Source: Verrucomicrobiota bacterium (GTDB lineage Bacteria > Verrucomicrobiota > Verrucomicrobiia > Limisphaerales > UBA11358). From it: a DNA stretch of 61,308 bases. The position numbers and the translations under genes were made by a program. The stretch covers positions 1-61,308 of the forward strand of contig JAJPJM010000050.1 of the NCBI GenBank assembly GCA_021324235.1, written 5' to 3'. This document shows positions 1 through 8,209 of this stretch, one piece after another. Each line of letters begins with the position of its first letter. Position 1 is the stretch's first letter. The notes under the pieces were generated by a model. It searched no databases, was not told the origin of the DNA, and saw only the letters and a program-made list of their open reading frames with translations.

Positions 1-19
1 AGAAAGGAAGTGAGTTGCG

Positions 20-217
20 TTGACCGAAATTAAATTAAAAAAAGGCGAGTCAGTGGATCGGGCGTTGCGCCGGCTGAAGAAAAAAGTGGACCGGGAAGGC
101 ACTTTAAAGGTCGTGCGCAATCACCGGCATTTCGAAAAGCCGAGTGAAAAACGCCGCCGCAAGGAAAAGGCCGCGCGGTTTTCCGCGATGCTGACCGCGC
201 GTTACGCGGATTTGTAA
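20..217 (+). CDS. rpsU: 30S ribosomal protein S21
   Basis: 65-aa very basic ORF (TTG start) MTEIKLKKGESVDRALRRLKKKVDREG...; collinear with bacterial bS21; purine-rich GAAAGGAAG upstream; hairpin plus T-tract downstream. Confidence 0.93.
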   Translation: MTEIKLKKGESVDRALRRLKKKVDREGTLKVVRNHRHFEKPSEKRRRKEKAARFSAMLTARYADL

Positions 218-236
218 TTTTTTCATTGCAACCCGA

Positions 237-274
237 CCGGGCACGGCAAGAATTCTGTCGTGTCCGGTTTTTTT
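237..274 (+). terminator. Rho-independent terminator after rpsU
   Basis: 9-bp stem CCGGGCACG (237-245) / CGTGTCCGG (259-267, one G:U pair) followed by TTTTTTT (268-274). Confidence 0.75.
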
Positions 275-282
275 GTTTTGCC

Positions 283-317
283 CGCCAATCCGCAATCGAA
301 AATCGGCAATCGGCAAT
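283..317 (+). repeat. Five tandem 7-bp units (CGNNAAT heptads) immediately upstream of a start codon
   Basis: CGCCAAT CCGCAAT CGAAAAT CGGCAAT CGGCAAT, ending 6 nt before ATG 324. Confidence 0.8.
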
Positions 318-323
318 TAAAAC

Positions 324-1238
324 ATGTATTCATTTTCCACCTGCTGGAATTCCCACCGTCATACCGACGGCCGCGCCATGTTGCGCGAAATCCGCGAGCT
401 GGGCTTTGAATACGCTGAACTCAGCCACGGGGTTTCCATCAGTCTCATGCCGGGCATTCTCGCTGCCGTGGGCGCGGGCGAGATCAAAATCTCCAGCCTC
501 CACAATTTTTGTCCGTTGCCGATGGGGGTGACCCACGCCGCACCGAACCTGTACGAGTTTTCCGCCGAAAAGGACTACGAACGCGACCTGGCCATCCGCT
601 GCACGCTCAAGACGTTTGAATTCGCCGAACGGGTCCAGGCGCCGGCCGTCGTCCTGCACCTCGGCAGCATGGAACTGAAGGATTACACCGGCCGGTTGTG
701 CGACCTGCTGGAACGCGACGGCAAACCGACGTCCCAGTTTGAAAAACTTCGCGGCGAAGCCCTGGCCAAACGCGAAGCGGCCAAGGGAAAATTTGTCGCG
801 CACATGTACGAAACCCTTCGCCAGCTTCTGCCTGAAGCCGAAAAGCGCGGCCTGAAACTTGGTTGCGAAAACCGCCAGGCGCTGGAGGAAATTCCACTCG
901 AAAGCGATTTCCTGTCATTCTTCAGCGAATTTCCGAGTCCTAACGTGGCCTACTGGCACGACGTCGGCCACGCGCAGATCAAGGAGAACCTCGGTCTCAT
1001 CCGGCACGTGGCGCACCTGGAATCGCTCGCGGCCCGGCTGGTTGGCTTTCACATTCATGACGTGCAATTTCCCGACCGCGACCATTCCGCGCCCGGCACC
1101 GGCATGATTGATTATGCCGCGCTCAAGCCGTTCGTGAAACCGGAACACATCCGGGTGTTTGAGCTCAGCCCGGCGCTGCCGGTGGAAGCCGTCAAATCCG
1201 GCATTGCGCATGTCAAAAAGATCTGGGGCGACGGCTGA
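324..1238 (+). CDS. Sugar phosphate isomerase/epimerase (xylose isomerase-like TIM barrel family)
   Basis: 304-aa ORF; FEYAELSHG, VVLHLGS, LKLGCEN and HIHD motifs are typical of the AP-endonuclease-2/xylose-isomerase-like TIM barrel. Confidence 0.8.
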   Translation: MYSFSTCWNSHRHTDGRAMLREIRELGFEYAELSHGVSISLMPGILAAVGAGEIKISSLHNFCPLPMGVTHAAPNLYEFSAEKDYERDLAIRCTLKTFEFAERVQAPAVVLHLGSMELKDYTGRLCDLLERDGKPTSQFEKLRGEALAKREAAKGKFVAHMYETLRQLLPEAEKRGLKLGCENRQALEEIPLESDFLSFFSEFPSPNVAYWHDVGHAQIKENLGLIRHVAHLESLAARLVGFHIHDVQFPDRDHSAPGTGMIDYAALKPFVKPEHIRVFELSPALPVEAVKSGIAHVKKIWGDG

Positions 1239-1309
1239 TTTGCGATTTACGATATACGATTGACGTGTTGATTGGCAAACCGGCGCGTAAATCGTATATC
1301 GTAAATCGC
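1238..1309. repeat. Inverted heptad arrays forming a 20-bp perfect inverted repeat (hairpin) directly after a stop codon
   Basis: (ATTTNCG)x4 at 1238-1265 and (CGTAAAT-type)x3 at 1286-1306; arms GCGATTTACGATATACGATT (1242-1261) and AATCGTATATCGTAAATCGC (1290-1309) are exact reverse complements; 28-nt loop. Confidence 0.85.
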
Positions 1310-1345
1310 AGAACGGTCGCTGCACTTTTAAGTTCGGACTGACAA

Positions 1346-1726
1346 ATGAACATGATCAAATCAATGACACCGTGGATCTTGGCAATATCCTTTATGTGGA
1401 TTGTTGTGAGTTGTACCACGCAGCCTGACGAAAGAGCCTCTTTTGAAGTTCCAGTGGTGGACTATCCAATTTCAAAATTTGCCAATTTCCAGACCTTCCG
1501 AGCAGAATTAGTGACCAAACAAACTGATAGCTATCTTGAAAAATCTTCAGGGAAGACAAACTATTTTTTTGTAATCCTCTTGAAAAAAACAAACGGTGAA
1601 CAGTTCACAGTTTCAGAAAACCCTACTTCGCAACATATGGTCCAGGTCATCAACTCACTTGAAAAGGATCGCAGCTATACCTTCCCGGATGTGCTAATGA
1701 GTGGAAATCAATCTGGCGCAAAGTGA
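1346..1726 (+). CDS. Small putative lipoprotein of unknown function in a low-GC island
   Basis: 126-aa ORF; signal peptide with lipobox-like WIVVSC; visibly AT-rich (about 40% GC by eye) compared with neighbours; bracketed by direct repeats. Confidence 0.65.
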   Translation: MNMIKSMTPWILAISFMWIVVSCTTQPDERASFEVPVVDYPISKFANFQTFRAELVTKQTDSYLEKSSGKTNYFFVILLKKTNGEQFTVSENPTSQHMVQVINSLEKDRSYTFPDVLMSGNQSGAK

Positions 1727-1731
1727 ACGTG

Positions 1732-1789
1732 CGATTGATGTGATCGCTGGCAAACCGGCGCGTAAATCGTATATCGTAAATCGTAAATG
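1732..1789 (+). repeat. Second copy of the ~52-bp direct repeat, plus four CGTAAAT-type heptads running into the cca start codon
   Basis: 1749-1783 is identical to 1274-1308 (35/35); extends to 52 nt (1732-1783 vs 1257-1308) with 5 mismatches; heptads at 1761-1788; ATG 1787 is built from the last heptad. Confidence 0.9.
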
Positions 1790-3139
1790 ACCACCACGGC
1801 TGGCATTTCATCGCGCGAACTGGCTGCAAGCATTGTCCAGCGCTTGCAACGGGCCGGCTTCGCCGCGTTCTGGGTCGGCGGCTGCGTGCGCGATTTTCTG
1901 CTCGGCCGCGAACCGCAGGATTACGACATCGCCACGGACGCGCGACCGGAACAAATCGAAAAACTGTTCAAGCGCACTCTGGCCGTCGGACGCAAATTCG
2001 GCGTGATGATTGTCGTCGAGGGCAAACAGCAATTCCAGGTCGCCACCTTTCGCGCCGAGGCGGATTACCAGGATGGCCGTCGGCCGGGGAAGGTCGTTTT
2101 CAGCAATGCCGAGGCGGATGCGCAGCGTCGCGATTTCACCGTCAACGGACTTTTTTACGATCCCATCGCGGAAAAACTTCATGATTGGGTCGGTGGGGAA
2201 AAGGATTTGCGCGTAAAAATCATTCGCACCATCGGCGCGCCCGAGGAACGGTTTGCCGAGGACCATTTGCGGCTGTTGCGCGCGATACGGTTTGCCGCGC
2301 AACTGGGATTTGAAATCGAACCACAGACATTTGCTGCCGTCAAAAAACTGGCGCCCAAGATTGAACTCATCAGTGCGGAACGGGTCCGCGACGAACTCAT
2401 CAAGTTGTTTTCTCCGCCGCACGCCGGGCACGGGCTGGTGCTGCTGCGCGACAGCCGGTTGCTGCCCGGCATTTTGCCCGAATTGATTGCCACGCTCCTC
2501 TGCGAGCAATCGCCGGATTATCACCCGGAGGGCACCGTGTTCGAACACATCCGGTTGATGCTCGAAAAACTGCCGCCAGAAGCACATCCCTCTCTGCCTT
2601 GGGCGGTGATTTTGCATGACATCGCCAAGCCGGCCACGGCCGAGCGCGATGCGGCAAGCGGCGCCATTCATTTTTACGGCCACGAGAAGGTCGGCGCAGA
2701 ACTGGCAGACCGGATTTTGCAGCGGCTTCGGTTTCCCAAAAAACAAATCGCGGAAATTGTCACGTGCGTTCGAAACCACATGCAGTTCAAGGATGTGAAA
2801 CAGATGCGGAAGGCGACGCTGCGGCGGTTGTTGTTGCGCGACACGTTTCCGCTGGAACTCGAGTTGCACCGGCTCGATTGCCTCGGTTCGCACGGGAATC
2901 TGGAGCATTACGGGTTTCTGGTGGCGCAGGCGGAGGAATTGAAAAAGCAACCGGCCATCCGGCCGCCGCTGCTTACCGGCATGGATTTAATCAAACTGGG
3001 TATGAAACCCGGCCCCGCGCTGGGCGCGTTGCTGGGTGAAATCCGCGAGCAGCAATTGCAGGACGAATTGAAAACCCCGCGCGAAGCGAAGGCGTGGGTA
3101 AAAAAACGGCTGATGGCGCATGGCGGACGAACCGATTGA
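1787..3139 (+). CDS. cca: CCA tRNA nucleotidyltransferase (class II, poly(A) polymerase family) with HD domain
   Basis: 450 aa; FWVGGCVRDFLLGREPQDYDIATDARP nucleotidyltransferase head, RDFTVNGLFYD motif, VILHDIAKP HD motif. Confidence 0.9.
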   Translation: MTTTAGISSRELAASIVQRLQRAGFAAFWVGGCVRDFLLGREPQDYDIATDARPEQIEKLFKRTLAVGRKFGVMIVVEGKQQFQVATFRAEADYQDGRRPGKVVFSNAEADAQRRDFTVNGLFYDPIAEKLHDWVGGEKDLRVKIIRTIGAPEERFAEDHLRLLRAIRFAAQLGFEIEPQTFAAVKKLAPKIELISAERVRDELIKLFSPPHAGHGLVLLRDSRLLPGILPELIATLLCEQSPDYHPEGTVFEHIRLMLEKLPPEAHPSLPWAVILHDIAKPATAERDAASGAIHFYGHEKVGAELADRILQRLRFPKKQIAEIVTCVRNHMQFKDVKQMRKATLRRLLLRDTFPLELELHRLDCLGSHGNLEHYGFLVAQAEELKKQPAIRPPLLTGMDLIKLGMKPGPALGALLGEIREQQLQDELKTPREAKAWVKKRLMAHGGRTD

Positions 3140-3395
3140 ACTGCCGATTGACGGGGTGCTGGATTTACACACGTTCAAGCCGGGCGAGGTAAAGGACTTG
3201 GTGCCGGATTACCTGGCGGCGTGTCAGGCACGCGGAATCCTGGACGTGCGTATCATTCATGGCAAAGGCATCGGTAATCTGCGGCGCACGGTGCACGCGA
3301 TTCTTGCCAAACATCCGGCGGTGATTTCTTTCACACTCGACCATCCGCAATTCGGCGGCTGGGGCGCGACCCTGGTCAGGTTGCGGCCGACCTAG
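3120..3395 (+). CDS. Smr domain protein
   Basis: 91 aa; LDLH...RIIHGKGIGNLRRTV pattern of Smr/MutS2 C-terminal domain; overlaps the cca end by 20 nt. Confidence 0.8.
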   Translation: MADEPIELPIDGVLDLHTFKPGEVKDLVPDYLAACQARGILDVRIIHGKGIGNLRRTVHAILAKHPAVISFTLDHPQFGGWGATLVRLRPT

Positions 3396-3442
3396 CGGTG
3401 GTTCAAACCGCCACCAATGTTTGCGGCTTTTTCCGAAGGCCG

Positions 3443-4138
3443 TTACGGGGAATTAGCCAAGGGTTCCAGGAACATTTTGCAGATTTCGATGTCGCCGCCT
3501 TCACTCTGGATGCCGATGAAACCGGAGGAAACGGTGCAATCGGTAATTTCGTTCTCCAATTTGCCGTTGATGACGGCTTTGACGTCGTTGTCGGCGCAGA
3601 CCGTCACGTTGGTATTCCATTCGCCGATTGGATTCTCATTGGGCGGCCCGCGCATCGGGACGGGCGAGTTCCGGTCCATGCCTTTGTGTTCTTTGGCTTC
3701 CGCGCCTTCCATTAAAAACAGGTCGCCCTGCCGTCCAGACCTGCCCTGATTCTGGATGCACCCCGGCCAGACTTTGTCTGGCAATTGCATGTGAACAAGG
3801 ACGCCGGTGTTGTCCGCCTTGGGCGCGACTTTGACGAAACGCCAGACGACGGTGACGACGTAATTGCTGTAAGCTTGTTTCGTCCGCAAATAACCAACCG
3901 GCTTGCCGGTACAATGAATGACGCCGTTGGTGACGCCCCAGGTCTGGCCCGGGTCGGCGCCGTCTTTCATGCAAAACGTCCAGCCGGAAAAATCCTTGCC
4001 GTTGAAAAGTTCGGTCCGATTGGTCGGGATGCTGATTTCCTGGGCGGTGGCGATTCCGACGAACGCGAAGGCGAGGCAGAACAGAGTGGCGGCGTTTTTC
4101 ACGGACGCGAGAATTGTGACGCGCCGGCTGCAAGTCAA
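3443..4138 (-). CDS. Exported DUF1080 (3-keto-disaccharide hydrolase-like) protein
   Basis: 231 aa; signal peptide; LFNGKDFSGW..., WGVTNGVIHC, SNYVVTVVWRF and IGIQSEGGDIE are typical of DUF1080. Confidence 0.8.
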   Translation of the reverse strand: MTCSRRVTILASVKNAATLFCLAFAFVGIATAQEISIPTNRTELFNGKDFSGWTFCMKDGADPGQTWGVTNGVIHCTGKPVGYLRTKQAYSNYVVTVVWRFVKVAPKADNTGVLVHMQLPDKVWPGCIQNQGRSGRQGDLFLMEGAEAKEHKGMDRNSPVPMRGPPNENPIGEWNTNVTVCADNDVKAVINGKLENEITDCTVSSGFIGIQSEGGDIEICKMFLEPLANSP

Positions 4139-4172
4139 GCTCCAGCCGCCACGGTGGTGAAACGAATGAACG

Positions 4173-4676
4173 TCAGGCTGTTTTTGTGAAACGCCGGATG
4201 AAAACGATGCTCCAGGTTGTCGTCCCCGCCAAAAACGCGCCCAGCAACGGCAGAAACAGATTCACCGGCAGCCGCGCGGGTGTGGCACGGTTGGCCTGAA
4301 TGGTCAAATAATAAACTCCTGCCAGAAACAGGACCACCAGGCAGCCCATCCAGATCAACTGGCGGGAAATGATGCCGACCGTTTGCGCCCGGCGTTCCGG
4401 CGCCAGCCAGTAATCCCGGCGCGGCAGATTGAAAACACCGGCCGGAAACCAGCGCATTACCATCGCGAGTGCGACAAAAATCACGGGTACAACCGTCAGC
4501 GTTTCAAAGAACCAGATGGTTTGGGAGCGGTCGATCCATCGGTCGGCCGCGCCGCCGGGACCGAAATGGATGGCCACCTGCTCCGGCAACCACGCCGCCG
4601 AACCGCCCACCAGCACCAGGTAACCCGCGCTCAACAACGTGAGCACCAGAACGGGGACGAGATTCCGTTTCATCAA
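4173..4676 (-). CDS. Integral membrane protein (DUF1648-like N-terminus, tentative)
   Basis: 167 aa; 4 predicted TM helices; LPEQVAIHFGPGGAADRW resembles the DUF1648 signature. Confidence 0.65.
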   Translation of the reverse strand: MMKRNLVPVLVLTLLSAGYLVLVGGSAAWLPEQVAIHFGPGGAADRWIDRSQTIWFFETLTVVPVIFVALAMVMRWFPAGVFNLPRRDYWLAPERRAQTVGIISRQLIWMGCLVVLFLAGVYYLTIQANRATPARLPVNLFLPLLGAFLAGTTTWSIVFIRRFTKTA

Positions 4677-4691
4677 TGCGATGGCCGTTTT

Positions 4692-7600
4692 TTAATTTTT
4701 GACCGGCGGTGCCGGATCCGCAGGTTTGCCGGATCGAATGCCAATGCTGCCGTTGACGGTATTGATTTTAACGTGCGCACCGCCATGGCCCAGCGTGCCT
4801 TTGAGATGCCGGCCGATCGGGAAATCTTTTTTCACCGTCAGCGAGGGAAAATCGCTGCTCGTGCCGCCGCTGACGGTGTCGGCGGTGACTTCCGCGTTGG
4901 CGCTCGCGGGCAGGGTGGCTTCAATGGCCCCGTTGACCGTATCAAGCGACACGGATTGGCTGCCGCTGAGCGAAGCCAGTTCCGTTTCAATCCGACCGTT
5001 GACCGTCGACACTTTCAGGTTGCCGGCCGCGCCCCGGACTTGAACCTGGCCGTTGACTGCGGACGCTCCGATGTCGCCGGACACGTCCTCAATGATGATG
5101 CTACCGTTAACGTCGGAAATCTGCTTGAGATACGTGTTGAGGGGTACCTGGATGGCATAATCCACGGTGGCGTTGTTCCTTCTCCAATCGTTGGACCAGA
5201 ACCAACTCCAGGAGAAACCGGTCTCCCCGGGGGGCGTTTCCGTGTGGATGACAATCTCGTCCGGAGGCGAAGTCACATTGATTTTGACAGCTTCGACACT
5301 CTCCCGGGTTTTGCCGTGTTTGAGCGCCTTGATGACCACCTCGTTCCGGTCTCCGCCGACTATTCTGATTCGTCCGTTGACATTATCGAGCCGGAGCCGG
5401 CCATTGGCGGGAAGGGGGAGAGTCTGGTTGAAATTCTGCCAAAACGGATCCGTCGTCGAAAGATTGCCGATCATTATCTCCCGAGGCGGGGGAGGATCAC
5501 CCGGTGGTTTGGCGGCCTTCGGAGACGGCGGCATTGCTACCGCGGCGGCGGCAGGCAATACCGGTAGAATTTCAATCCCGTTAATTTGAGGATTTTGTTG
5601 CTGGGGGATGAAATTGATGTTCAGCGTGCCGTCGTCGACCTCCACATTAACGGTTTCGACACAGGCGCGTTGGGCGCCGCCGGCTTCGGTCCAGACATCG
5701 AAATCCTTGTATTCGTGCCCTTCGACCACGAACGTAAACACCCGCTTGCCCGGCCCGGTAATGGCGTCATAGGTTTCGGCGAAATGCAGTTTTACCACAT
5801 ATTTGCCGTTGGGAACGGGGTACGAAAACGCGGTCATACCGTAACGTTCGGCGCGGTAAAGTTCCGGGTCCCCGGTATTGACGATCGCCAGGTCGGGCCG
5901 CTCGGTGATTTCGCCGTCGGCAAAACCCTGATCCGGCAACCATAGATTACCGTCATGATCCACGAACGATTCGGACGAGCCGGCCCGGATTCGGACCGGC
6001 GGGAGCGCCGGTGCGGATGCATCACCGGTAGTGACTGAAGTCGCCGACGGGGGAACGGGAGGCATGGCCGGCGAGGCTGGTGCCTGGATTGAGCTTTCTA
6101 TGGGCGATGAACCATCGCTGGTTCCCACGCTCGCGGCGTTGGACCGGTACGTTTGGCCGGCGAAATTCACCGCGAGCGCAATGAGAATGAGCACGCCGGC
6201 CACCAACACCGTTCCTAAAACCCATGGCCACAGGCTTGGCTTTGGCGAGTCGGAACGGGCCGCCTGGGCAAATGTCTCCCGCACGTCCGGGCGCGCCAGC
6301 ACAATCAACGCCCAGATACCGACAGGCAGACCAATCAAGCTGCAAGATGCGATGGAGATAATGCCGGCGGCCATGGCCCAGGCGTAACTCCGGAGGCGCA
6401 ACATTTGAAAAGCGCCGAAGAAGATCAGCAGACCGGGAATGACCTTGACCAGAGCGCTGTAGGTGAGCAGCGAACCCAAGCCACCGAAAGGAATTGCATA
6501 ATTAACAAATTTGTCCAGCCAGCCACTGCCTCCGGAAAGCAGAAACACGATCGAAAGCGCCGATAACAATTTCCACAGTGCCACCACCATGAGACCCACG
6601 GCGGGCGCCACTATCATACCCGTGCTCGCGCCGGGCACTTTTCCGGGTGTCAAAGGTGCCGGTTGAGGACTGGCGCCGGCGGGAGGAACGGGTCCGCCCG
6701 GCGGCGGGCTTGATGGTGGGCCGGTCAGCGGGCTGGTACCGGTCTTTAAATTGCCGTTATGCGGATGAAGCCATTGGGTGATTCTTCTGCCCTGGCCATC
6801 GTTGAACGCCTTGCAGAGGATCAAAATCCAGTCAACCACAGCCCAAAAAAAGCATCCGCAAATCAAGAACCCCAGCAGGATTCCCAAGGTGGGTTGGAAG
6901 GTTCCGCCGGTGGTGGCACAGGCAATGATCATGAAGATACAACCAAAGAAGGCCCCCAATTGCAGGAAGGCAGTCCCGATTTTTCCCGCGTAGAACCGGT
7001 GCGCGCCGAACATCCCAAAGGGGAAGGCGAGTAGCAAAGCCGGAAGAATGGCCTTGTCACTGGTGACTTTGCCCGACGGGGTGGCCGGCAACGGGGCCGG
7101 GCCTCCTTGTGCCGCAAACCCCGCTGCCGGTGGCACCGTTCCCGCAATCGTTTCCAGGTCCGTTTTTACCTGGCTCGCGTGCTGGTAGCGCCGGGCCGGT
7201 TCCTTCTCCAGCGCGTGCAAGACCACCTCGTCCAGGCGCACGTCCACTTCCACCTTCTTCGACGGCGGCGCAAATTTTCCCAGCGGCAGTTCACCGGTCA
7301 GCATTTCGTAAAACACGACGCCGAGGGAATAAATGTCCGCGCGATGGTCCACCGTCTGGGGTTTCTCAATCTGTTCGGGCGCCATGTAATGCGGCGTGCC
7401 GACCACGTCCTTCGCGCCGGTGAGCGTTTGCGAGCCCAGGCCGAGGCCGATCATCTTGGCGATGCCGAAGTCGGTGATCTTCACCCGGCCTTTTTTGTCC
7501 ATCAGCAGATTTTCCGGTTTGATGTCGCGATGGACCACGCCTTCATTGTGGGCGAACTGGAGCGCCTCGCAAATTTGGGGAACAATGGCCAGCGCCTGTT

Positions 7601-8081
7601 CCGACGTCAGTTCCCCGGCCCTTTCCACCTCGCGCAGGTTTGCGCCATCGACAAATTCCATGAGCAGGTAATGCAAGGGGCCGGCCTGGCCGAAGTCATG
7701 CACCGCCACGATATTGGGATGGCTCAGGCGGGCGAGGGCCCGGGCTTCACGGTTGAAGCGTTCGGCGAAGCCGGGATCGCTGGCCACCGCTGGCGGCAGC
7801 ACTTTCAGGGCGACGAAGCGGTCCAGTGACGGTTGCCGCGCCTTGTAGACCGCCCCCATGCCACCCTGGCCAATCAGACGAAGGATTTCGAGTTGTGGAA
7901 AAAGTCGGGCGATTTCCCCGACCGACGGCGGCACAAACCTCGCGCCGGCCGCTTCACCCGATGCCCCGGTTCCGCTTTCGGTGGGAAAGCCGGACTTGAT
8001 GAGGCATTCCGGGCACAGCCCCAGCGGCACGTCCGGCGGCAGCGGCTTGCGACAATTCGGGCAAATTTTCTCGGTTTCCAT
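4692..8081 (-). CDS. Membrane Ser/Thr protein kinase with TM2, malectin-like and DUF4097-like (beta-helix) domains
   Basis: 1129 aa; N-terminal CPNC...CPEC zinc ribbon; kinase motifs [31 protein letters not shown]; TM2-like FGAHRFYAGK segment; malectin-like block IRAGSS..NGKYVVKLHFAE..INGIEILP; C-terminal VNG-repeat DUF4097-like region. Confidence 0.9.
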   Translation of the reverse strand: METEKICPNCRKPLPPDVPLGLCPECLIKSGFPTESGTGASGEAAGARFVPPSVGEIARLFPQLEILRLIGQGGMGAVYKARQPSLDRFVALKVLPPAVASDPGFAERFNREARALARLSHPNIVAVHDFGQAGPLHYLLMEFVDGANLREVERAGELTSEQALAIVPQICEALQFAHNEGVVHRDIKPENLLMDKKGRVKITDFGIAKMIGLGLGSQTLTGAKDVVGTPHYMAPEQIEKPQTVDHRADIYSLGVVFYEMLTGELPLGKFAPPSKKVEVDVRLDEVVLHALEKEPARRYQHASQVKTDLETIAGTVPPAAGFAAQGGPAPLPATPSGKVTSDKAILPALLLAFPFGMFGAHRFYAGKIGTAFLQLGAFFGCIFMIIACATTGGTFQPTLGILLGFLICGCFFWAVVDWILILCKAFNDGQGRRITQWLHPHNGNLKTGTSPLTGPPSSPPPGGPVPPAGASPQPAPLTPGKVPGASTGMIVAPAVGLMVVALWKLLSALSIVFLLSGGSGWLDKFVNYAIPFGGLGSLLTYSALVKVIPGLLIFFGAFQMLRLRSYAWAMAAGIISIASCSLIGLPVGIWALIVLARPDVRETFAQAARSDSPKPSLWPWVLGTVLVAGVLILIALAVNFAGQTYRSNAASVGTSDGSSPIESSIQAPASPAMPPVPPSATSVTTGDASAPALPPVRIRAGSSESFVDHDGNLWLPDQGFADGEITERPDLAIVNTGDPELYRAERYGMTAFSYPVPNGKYVVKLHFAETYDAITGPGKRVFTFVVEGHEYKDFDVWTEAGGAQRACVETVNVEVDDGTLNINFIPQQQNPQINGIEILPVLPAAAAVAMPPSPKAAKPPGDPPPPREIMIGNLSTTDPFWQNFNQTLPLPANGRLRLDNVNGRIRIVGGDRNEVVIKALKHGKTRESVEAVKINVTSPPDEIVIHTETPPGETGFSWSWFWSNDWRRNNATVDYAIQVPLNTYLKQISDVNGSIIIEDVSGDIGASAVNGQVQVRGAAGNLKVSTVNGRIETELASLSGSQSVSLDTVNGAIEATLPASANAEVTADTVSGGTSSDFPSLTVKKDFPIGRHLKGTLGHGGAHVKINTVNGSIGIRSGKPADPAPPVKN

Positions 8082-8209
8082 ATCAGTATCCTTTCACCCA
8101 TTCCTTAGGAAACGGCGGCAAAAGGTTGCGTCTAAAAGTCGTCCAATCGCAAATGGTTGAATCATGAAACTGGAACGGCGGCCCGTAACCGGTTCTCAGT
8201 TCAACACTT

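Noticed and set aside
1808-2950. 380-aa ORF on the minus strand
   Set aside because: It lies entirely antisense to the cca gene, which has unambiguous family motifs. It has the Arg/Pro/Gly-rich composition typical of shadow ORFs in GC-rich DNA.
4383-5567. 394-aa ORF on the plus strand
   Set aside because: It is antisense to the 1129-aa kinase and the DUF1648-like gene, with no motifs and shadow-ORF composition. The same reasoning applies to 5586-5945, 6031-6387 and 7107-7829.
8165-8200. ECF-like promoter element GGAAC...CGT on the plus strand (TGGAACGGCGGCCCGTAACC)
   Set aside because: Its orientation would drive transcription antisense into the 3' end of the sigma gene. I could not find a motif shared convincingly by both sigma/kinase modules. 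Only a short AACCTTT(T/G)GC similarity exists upstream of both kinases (about 8121-8133 and 12830-12842), which is too weak to call.
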